Positions 1-6,332 of a DNA stretch of 17,116 bases are shown here, piece after piece. Origin of the DNA: Planctomycetota bacterium (GTDB lineage: Bacteria > Planctomycetota > GCA-002687715 > DRQF01); contig JALTLO010000146.1 in NCBI GenBank assembly GCA_027001995.1, positions 23,757 through 40,872 of the forward strand, in the 5' to 3' direction. A model generated the notes under the pieces. That model saw only the letters and a program-made list of their open reading frames with translations, searched no databases and was not told the origin of the DNA. Each line of letters opens with the position of its first letter. Within the stretch, counting starts at the first letter, position 1. The position numbers and the translations under genes are program-made.

Positions 1-732
1 GTCACCCGAGAACGGCGTGACTATGATGTTGCCGAAAAGAGTGCCATCTATGCCCACAGACGCGAGTGCAGGAGACTCGACCTCTGAGATGACAACGATG
101 CTTCGAAACGGCACGTAACTCCCACGATCATTCAACAATCTTTCATAATCTTCTGCGAGCTTAACGACGCGATAGACAGTAACTCTTGTCGACTCGGTCA
201 AACCGATCACTCTTATCTTCCCAGACTGACTGGATTCGAGCACCTCTGCCTGCCCTACAGCAACGTAATCATCATAGTGAGTATTCCAAGGCACAGTATG
301 AGTCACACCAGTCGGGCAGGTGAGTAACGAGGACACAGTTGCCTCATGCGATCGTGGGACAAGATCGATTGTGCGTAGCAGAATGCTCCCTTTCTCATGG
401 AGCCCCGAACGGTGCGGTAGACTATTCTGATGTATCCTCACCTGCACGACCTGCTGGCGAGCTACAAAAGAGCTTGAATCTGGGATCGCAAAAACACCGG
501 TGCTGGAATGCCCAAGAATGAGTGCGCGTTGTTCGGGTGTATTTAGCTCCCACCGAGGGCACTTGGCCCCAACTTGGCACAAGCTGATCTGCAAATGATC
601 GTCAACTATCTCCAATGAAACGCTCGCTTTATGCTTACGCTTCGCATCTGCTTCAAAGGTAGTCAATGGGACCAGAAAAATGGTGGCGCTCAATGAGAAG
701 CACATTAAGAAGCGTATCGTTCGTGAAATCAT
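1..732 (-). CDS. Secreted hypothetical protein, 3'-truncated by the window edge (not in the ORF track)
   Basis: Manual minus-strand translation is open from ATG 732 to position 1 (244 codons): MISRTIRFLMCFSLSATIFLVPLTTFEADAKRKHK...GNIIVTPFSGD. N-terminus resembles a Sec signal peptide (basic, hydrophobic, ADA cleavage). AAGGAA lies ~13 nt upstream. Confidence 0.8.
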   Translation of the reverse strand, partial: MISRTIRFLMCFSLSATIFLVPLTTFEADAKRKHKASVSLEIVDDHLQISLCQVGAKCPRWELNTPEQRALILGHSSTGVFAIPDSSSFVARQQVVQVRIHQNSLPHRSGLHEKGSILLRTIDLVPRSHEATVSSLLTCPTGVTHTVPWNTHYDDYVAVGQAEVLESSQSGKIRVIGLTESTRVTVYRVVKLAEDYERLLNDRGSYVPFRSIVVISEVESPALASVGIDGTLFGNIIVTPFSGD

Positions 733-853
733 TAGGATCAGAGATTTCCTTTGTTTATTCTCCACGGATCGACTGCTCACATCCAGCAACAAAGGCTGCG
801 AAAGAAGAGACGCTGGCCATACACAGTCAGAATTAGCGAACAACCGACGTAAA

Positions 854-880
854 TGCTCGGGGTTCTTGGAACCCCGAGCA
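854..880 (-). terminator. Perfect 12-bp hairpin (leaky terminator or 3' stabilising stem-loop) after the Cys-rich peptide gene
   Basis: TGCTCGGGGTTC-ttg-GAACCCCGAGCA, 10 nt after the stop at 891. Followed by only TTT on the minus strand. Confidence 0.65.
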
Positions 881-890
881 ACAACTCTAA

Positions 891-1160
891 TTACCAACCA
901 GAATTTGAGTCTTCACACCAAACGGTCTTTATTGTTGGCGTACTGCAACCTTGAAAACAAGAATCTGGCCCGGGCTCGCAGAATCCTGCTGAAGTACAGA
1001 CTTCATGGGGGGCGGTCGAGTTGCAGTGCGGTGGCACGGTGCCTGGCCCTACGGTAATAACTCCAGACGAATAAGCGAATACGTCTCTGGATGGTGCAGA
1101 GACCAAGATTGCGGCCACACATCCCAACACCAAGGCTATTCTTGTAAGAGTCCGTTTCAT
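891..1160 (-). CDS. Small secreted cysteine-rich protein (89 aa; six Cys in the mature part)
   Basis: Start refined to ATG 1160 (GAAAGG upstream). MKRTLTRIALVLGCVAAILVSAPSRDVFA is signal-like. The 60-aa mature part has C-X8-C-X5-C-X6-C-X3-C-X9-C. Confidence 0.75.
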   Translation of the reverse strand: MKRTLTRIALVLGCVAAILVSAPSRDVFAYSSGVITVGPGTVPPHCNSTAPHEVCTSAGFCEPGPDSCFQGCSTPTIKTVWCEDSNSGW

Positions 1161-1401
1161 GTCTTTAGTACCTTTCAAATTCAAACAGCAGTGGTAAATG
1201 GTTTTCAAACCAAACACTTCGCCTACCACTCTTTGGCGAGATGTTGTCTCTTGGTCAACTGCAGCAAGGCCACGCAACCGTGATCCAACGAAGATTAATC
1301 TTACCCCGAGTCGGTGGCTGCGTTGCGAGCCACTCCCTTACAGGACTACTAGATAAAGGCTGACAATGAGTGTTTCGTTGAAGAAAATTTGGAAAAGTTC
1401 A

Positions 1402-1483
1402 TTTTTTTCTTGAGCACGAGCAAGGCTGCTGCTTCGGCAAGCGCCTTCTCCTTGCGACCAAGCTCGCGCTTAAGTTGACGGAT
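1402..1483 (-). mobile_element. IS3-family OrfA C-terminal fragment with A7 slippery site (remnant)
   Basis: IRQLKRELGRKEKALAEAAALLVLKKK is the typical IS3-type OrfA coiled-coil tail. It ends on AAG AAA AAA A (A7 at 1402-1408). No OrfB/DDE follows. Confidence 0.7.
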
Positions 1484-1870
1484 ACGCCACCATGCATCCC
1501 ATCTCTGGATGGTTTGTCTTCCTACGCCAAAGGCCGAAGAAAGCGTCTTGAGGCTTGCTGCGTCTGGGCCTAAGCGAAGAGCGGATACGAGAACGATGGG
1601 CGGCCCAAGGTAGCCTCGGCGGCCAAGAAATCGTGTGAACTGAAGATTCGCTCTGCCCCGACAGGTCGGAGCTGTGCAACAGAGGCTCAATCGAAGCTGA
1701 AATTGATCACCAGGGAACCCAGGGCCTCCCCGAGGCCGTCGTCGGTAGTCGGCTCGATCAAGACGCTTTCCGCAGTGCTTGCATCCTTAGGCTTGCATCT
1801 TGTCTCGCAACTCAACATCCACCTGAAAGAGAATAGGCCACAACTTTGACTTGGGTGGTATTGAATTCAT
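1484..1870 (-). pseudogene. Transposon-associated Zn-ribbon/HTH hypothetical protein pseudogene (RFLGRRxY-type)
   Basis: GGAGG RBS and ATG 1870: MNSIPPKSKLWPILFQVDVELRDKMQA*GCKHCGKRLDRADYRRRPRGGP...LSLCCTAPTCRGR...RFLGRRGYLG...FGVGRQTIQRWDAWWR. In-frame TAA at 1787-1789; 3' end fused to the IS3 fragment. Confidence 0.7.
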
Positions 1871-2179
1871 CAATTCTCGGCCTCCATGATTTCAATTGGA
1901 TAAAACTTCGGGCTAGGGACGCCAAGAGTCAAGAAAAGAAACTGAGGTCATTTTTCTTGGGAGCGCCTTCGGCGCATGAAGAAAGAGGAGGCCAGCCCCC
2001 TCAAACACCCCCGAGGCTTTAAAGCCATAGCTCAGATGCCGAGGGCAAAGATGGGTCAGTTTATTGGAAATCGAGCCCCAATGACTGTGGCGCTAAGAGG
2101 CCAAATTGACCTCATAGAACTTGGCTGCTGATACCCTTAACTCAAGCGAATCTTCCCTGACACCGAGGGATGGAATGGC

Positions 2180-2449
2180 ATGAGAAAAGTTATTTGCATC
2201 ATTTGCCACCGCCCTGGCACCACGTCACTTCCCATTCCGATTTGTGATTCCTGCTGCGAGCATTTCGAACTTCCTGCACTCACCACACTCTTAAGTGTTG
2301 GAACGGAGAACTTAGAATGGGGAGATGGACTTTGTCCAAAGTGTGGGGCGAGTTTCGTCAAAGGACTTGGACGACGGAGTAAGCGTTTGGATCGATTGGT
2401 AACCAATTGCATAATTTGCGCTTCTCAAAAGAAAAGACGACGCTCTTAG
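2180..2449 (+). CDS. Small double zinc-ribbon protein
   Basis: Four CxxC motifs (CIIC, CDSC, CPKC, CIIC) and a basic tail KKRRRS. GAGGGA upstream. Confidence 0.65.
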   Translation: MRKVICIICHRPGTTSLPIPICDSCCEHFELPALTTLLSVGTENLEWGDGLCPKCGASFVKGLGRRSKRLDRLVTNCIICASQKKRRRS

Positions 2450-2552
2450 GCAACGCCGCCAGCAGAATTCAAAGTGCCTGCTTCGAACCTGTCGAGGTCA
2501 CATGTCAGGGGTCATTTCAGCCGCAGCTCGATATTCCGGCGGGCAGAACGCT

Positions 2553-2867
2553 TTAGACAAACCCCTCATCTACGAGGCGGCTGCACTCGGAAGTTATCTC
2601 GTGGCGCTGACCGGAACCACTCGATACTCGTGACCAACTTTCCGAAATCAGTACTGCCTCGTCGCCACCAGTTTCAAACCAATACGAAAATCCGCCAGTC
2701 ATGCCGGGAATGTCAAGCCAGCCTTCATTCCCAGCAACGGAGGCTTGGGACAATTCTGGCAGCTCAACGCCATGCGTATCGACCAGGTCGCCGACCCGTT
2801 CTCGGATGACTGCGTGAAAACGATTTCGAATGGACTTCAGAATTTCTTGGGGGATATCCTCGATCAT
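2553..2867 (-). CDS. Hypothetical protein resembling the C-terminal domain of bacterial ankyrin-repeat proteins, here stand-alone
   Basis: Motif PGMTGGFSYW...ESWSRVSSGSGQRHEIT...LVDEGFV*. ATG 2867 has an AAGGA RBS; alternative starts at 2885 and 2933. Confidence 0.65.
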   Translation of the reverse strand: MIEDIPQEILKSIRNRFHAVIRERVGDLVDTHGVELPELSQASVAGNEGWLDIPGMTGGFSYWFETGGDEAVLISESWSRVSSGSGQRHEITSECSRLVDEGFV

Positions 2868-3729
2868 GTTGCTTCCTTCGCTCATGGCAAAGAGGTCCTT
2901 GCTTACTTCCTCAGGGTCAGTGGCATTTGGCATTGGGAAAAGAACGCCGTGGTTTGCCCCACAGACACTTCGTCACTCCATCTTGACTCTTGGGGCCCGA
3001 CCGACGCCTTGAGGCGAACGCAGGCCCCTCAAGCGCCTTCTAACGAGTCTCCGGCCCTCTGGAACGAACGCCGAGTTCAGTACGTTATCTGCCCCCTCTA
3101 TTTTCGCTTTGCTCTCAGCTCAATGCAAGGAGGGAATTCAGGCAGAGCTTCAGCATTGAAGGGAATTCACCGGCACAGCATCAAAGCGATCCGTGAGCTT
3201 CCCGTCGAGCGTGTGGGGCGACTTGCAAAGATTTTTCGAGGCGTCAGCCAAAGTTATGTACTTGGTTTTTTCCAAACCATGATTGTTGTCTTGCATCTAT
3301 AGTTCCGCTGCTCTTGAATTCCGGGACACCCAACTTGGTCGTCTCGTTAGAGCGACACTTCACCAGCATTCGCCATCCCCCGAAAACGAGGAATCACGGC
3401 TCAGCCCAGGACCAAGATGGGAACAAGCGAGTCATCGAAGACTCCAATGGCATATAGGCAAGAAACTTTTGAGGAGAGGTGAGAGCAAACGGGAAGGGAG
3501 GCCGTCGCTTCGCGTTGCTCTCGATGCTCCACTGCGCCTGTTAGTTGCCATCAGCGCAACCAAGGGGGGTTAACTTCATGAGCCTTAGGAAGCTACATGT
3601 CATTGGCGAGACGCCGCATTCTGAGCGCCCGATCTCACGGCAGGGTCTCTGTGCCGAGTCACAAACTCGCCGAACCGCCGAGAAATGTCGTTTCACTTGC
3701 CGAGATGCCACGACATTGCCCGCGAATCG

Positions 3730-4950
3730 CTACCCGATCTTCTCCATAACTTGGGAATCGACAGTCCTGTCGACCTCAGCGTAGATCTCGGTAGTGAAGG
3801 CGGAAGAATGGCCGAGGACGGCGCGGGCTTGTTCTATGCCGAATTCCCTCCGAATGCGAGTCGCCGCTGAATGCCTGAGTTGATTTGGGGTCCAACCCTC
3901 ACTCTTGGCTTTCTTGCAGGCTCGTTTGATTGCTCTACCGTATGATTGAGTGGTGAAGAACTCCCCCGGTGCCCTTGTACGGTCTGAGGTCTTTACAGTC
4001 CCCGGCTTGTTCCCCCAATTGATTGGGGTTTTCCTCTTGGCGTGGGCGGCCGCCCTGCGTTCTTTCTCCGATTCTTCCGGGGAAAAAAGATAGGCGTCAG
4101 GGTTTGGGCGCAGGAAACGACGAATAAGGTTGCGTACTTTCGGACCGAAAGGAATAACTCGTGACTTACCATGATGCAGAGTCTTGTGGTGTTCTGGACG
4201 GTAGAGCCAAGTCTCCGCTTCTCTGTCAATTTCGCGCATCTTGACTGTGCAAATTTCGCCAGGTCGGGCTGCGGTATACCACTGAACAAGAACCATCGTT
4301 CGAAGAACCGAGGTAAGGTAGGGAAGGACAGCTTTCACGTCATCCCAATCGACGGGAGCAATCGGCTCAGTTTCTTTGGCAAGGCTCCTACCGGCTCTCA
4401 GTGGCCTTACCGATTGAAGCGATCTCCAAATCGATTCGTCGACCAGTTCTTCCTCTACACCCCACCGGCACGCAGTGACGATGATCCTTACTTTGTAGGC
4501 AATTGTCGTCCGGGCGAGTTCTCGTTGAATCAAATCTTCCCGATAGTCCTTCAGCAATCGCGGTGTGAATGTTTCGACCTTGAGTTCGCCAAAGGTCGTC
4601 GCCCAATCTCGGAGAGTGACATCAACTTGGGCGAACCCACCAGAAAGCTCGCCAGTGGGAGTTCGATAGTAGACTTTGGCGACTTTCTCTATGTAAAGGT
4701 GAACAAGACGACCAACCGTGATGCCTTCTCGTTCTTCCGGCTTTTTCAGACAATTCGGGATTTCGCCGTATTCCAACAATTGGAGCTCAGCGAGCACTTG
4801 GTGATAAAGGGCCTTGCTCTTGGCAGAGCCATAGTGACCAGGAAAGTAATAGCGGTGGGTTCTCCCCTTCTCGGCGACGAATAACTCAACGAATCCGAGG
4901 TTTCGGGGCTTGTGAAGGCGATATGAGGGGTTTTTCTTCCTACGTGGCAT
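3730..4950 (-). CDS. Tyrosine-type site-specific integrase/recombinase
   Basis: Catalytic set R (ARPGE), K (HKT), NQLRH, LGH, Y (TTEIY). GAGGAG RBS. Located 135 bp downstream of a tRNA 3' end. Confidence 0.95.
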   Translation of the reverse strand: MPRRKKNPSYRLHKPRNLGFVELFVAEKGRTHRYYFPGHYGSAKSKALYHQVLAELQLLEYGEIPNCLKKPEEREGITVGRLVHLYIEKVAKVYYRTPTGELSGGFAQVDVTLRDWATTFGELKVETFTPRLLKDYREDLIQRELARTTIAYKVRIIVTACRWGVEEELVDESIWRSLQSVRPLRAGRSLAKETEPIAPVDWDDVKAVLPYLTSVLRTMVLVQWYTAARPGEICTVKMREIDREAETWLYRPEHHKTLHHGKSRVIPFGPKVRNLIRRFLRPNPDAYLFSPEESEKERRAAAHAKRKTPINWGNKPGTVKTSDRTRAPGEFFTTQSYGRAIKRACKKAKSEGWTPNQLRHSAATRIRREFGIEQARAVLGHSSAFTTEIYAEVDRTVDSQVMEKIG

Positions 4951-5085
4951 AGCGGACCGTCTCCTCTTTGACGGCTACCAAATCCGGGAAAACGGATACT
5001 GGTAACCGAAAACTGCTGAGGTTGCGGCCGCGCCACCGAATAGGTGGGTTGCCTGAAGTACAGGCGTCGGCGTGAGTTAAAAAAG

Positions 5086-5159
5086 TGGGCGATACAAGAC
5101 TTGAACTTGTGACCTCGTCGGTGTGAACGACGCGCTCTAGCCAGCTGAGCTAATCGCCC
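5086..5159 (-). tRNA. tRNA-Val(CAC), CCA not encoded
   Basis: GGGCGATTAGCTCAGCTGGCTAGAGCGCGTCGTTCACACCGACGAGGTCACAAGTTCAAGTCTTGTATCGCCCA. Acceptor GGGCGAT/ATCGCCC, anticodon stem CGTCG/CGACG, loop TTCACAC. Confidence 0.97.
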
Positions 5160-5169
5160 TGGCTGAGAG

Positions 5170-5198
5170 AATATAGGGTGGGGTTTGGGCAGAGACAA
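5170..5198 (-). promoter_or_regulatory. Sigma70-type promoter of tRNA-Val
   Basis: TTGTCT-N17-TATATT ending 10 nt upstream of the tRNA. Confidence 0.7.
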
Positions 5199-5358
5199 GA
5201 GTCGAGGCAAGTATTTGGGGGTGCTGAGGTTGGGAAGTTGGGGTTAAGGGTGGTTTGGTTGGGGTTTGAGGGTGTTTTGGGAGATTGGAGGCGTTGAGGG
5301 TATTTCTGGGAGGAAAAAGGGGATTGGGACCGTCCTTGGGGGGAACAAGGAGTCGTAA

Positions 5359-6258
5359 ATGCGAATTCGTCATGTTTTGAGTGTTGGTTTGGTGGGACTC
5401 GTTTCTTGGGGGTTCTTGGCTGGGTCCGTTGAGGCCCAGACATCGAGGCCCTCAGGGGCGCGGAAGGTGAAGAATGTGAATGCCAAGACAGAGCGCATTC
5501 GGGGGCTGTCTTGGTTCCCGAGCTTGGAAAGTGCCATGGCTGCCAACCGAAGAAATGCGAAGGACAAGCGCCCCATCTTCTTTGTGCGCATGCTCGGTAA
5601 CATGAAGGGCAAAACCTGAAGTGCGGCGCACGCACTGAGAACCGGGACGTTCTCAAACAGGGATGTGAAAAAGACTCTCGGACGCCACTTCCGCTTGGCT
5701 TGGATAGATCTTTCTGGGGAAGAATCTGCTGGGTCTTCATTTGCCCATAGCCCAAAAGATGCTCCGGTGATGTGCCTCAGAGGCAATGGCGAGCACAACG
5801 TACAGATGCTCATGACCACCCCAGATGGCAAGCTTCTGAATGCGGTGGCAGGTTATGCTTCGGCTAGGGTGCTTCTGGAAGAATTGAAATTGGTGCGGGA
5901 ATTAGACCAGAGCATCGATGGAAAGAAGCTTTTTGAGCAACGCAAAGTCATTGCGACGAAGCATCAGAAGCGGCTGGATGATGTGGAAAACATGGAATTT
6001 GACGGGGTCCTTGGACAGATCACCCGAACTCGTCTCACTGCCGACCGCAAGTACGCCCGTGATCACGCTCTCATCGATGCCAGAAGCTTCAACACCGTCG
6101 ATATGGTGGGCCATGCCAAAACGTTCTTTGGTAGTTCCACGGGCGGTGTGCCCAAAGGGAGAATCGGAGAATCCAAGAACGACCTCTCTAAGAAGAAGTC
6201 CAAGAAGAAAAAGGATGCACAAAAGCCGAAACGGAAGCGGAAAACCCTAAAAATCTGA
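5359..6258 (+). CDS. Putative exported thioredoxin-like (selenoprotein N-like) selenoprotein, 299 aa, Sec87 at TGA 5617-5619
   Basis: AAGGAG RBS and signal peptide (…GSVEA-Q). The two track ORFs are in one frame separated only by TGA: KRPIFFVRMLGNMKGKT-U-SAAHALRTGTFSNRDVKKTLGRHFRLAW, later TPDGKLLNAVAGY. SECIS-like hairpin follows. Confidence 0.8.
5636..5655 (+). promoter_or_regulatory. Candidate bacterial SECIS element
   Basis: TGAGAAC-cgggac-GTTCTCA, a 7-bp stem. The loop starts 24 nt after the UGA, with G at loop position 2. Confidence 0.6.
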
Positions 6259-6332
6259 ATTGACTCGCTGGAGCGCCCTGTGCCCCGTATTCTATTGCTT
6301 CCTGTAGATTGTTTTTCTGGAGATAGACTTCG

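Larger units (their letters stand above)
1917..2998. mobile_element. Candidate non-autonomous element bounded by inverted repeats, carrying two cargo ORFs
   Basis: CCAAGAGTCAAGA (1922-1934) is perfectly inverted at 2981-2993, and 16/18 match over 1917-1934 vs 2981-2998. No transposase inside and no clear target duplication. Confidence 0.45.
1..5085. mobile_element. Genomic island / integrative element integrated at the tRNA-Val(CAC) 3' end (far boundary outside the window)
   Basis: tRNA-integrase adjacency, followed by low gene density, pseudogenes and IS debris. No second copy of the tRNA 3' end was seen in the window. Confidence 0.75.

Noticed and set aside
891..1160. SCIFF/ranthipeptide precursor
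   Set aside because: It has a Sec-type signal peptide, no SCIFF motif and no radical SAM gene in view. Disulfides are more plausible.
1242..1254. Third copy of the cassette inverted repeat (TGTTGTCTCTTGG)
   Set aside because: Only 11/13 match with no flanking similarity, which is within chance.
3048..3090. Integron attC site (TTCTAAC…GTTATCT)
   Set aside because: The R boxes are not complementary beyond TAAC/GTTA, there is no internal L-box pairing, and the integrase does not look like IntI.
3860..3890. Integrase inactivated by H-to-N change in HxxR (NQLRH)
   Set aside because: This His position is variable among tyrosine recombinases and the other catalytic residues are intact.
5359..6258. 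Two separate genes or a simple nonsense pseudogene
   Set aside because: Not excluded, but disfavoured: the single TGA is at the expected redox position, a SECIS-like stem follows, there are no other lesions, and the fold would otherwise be split.
6256..6258. Second UGA read-through at the end of the selenoprotein
   Set aside because: It follows a low-complexity Lys tail, has no convincing hairpin, and the extension would overlap the sigma gene out of frame.
6260..6293. Sigma70 promoter TTGACT…TATTCT for the ECF gene
   Set aside because: The spacer of 22 nt is too long.
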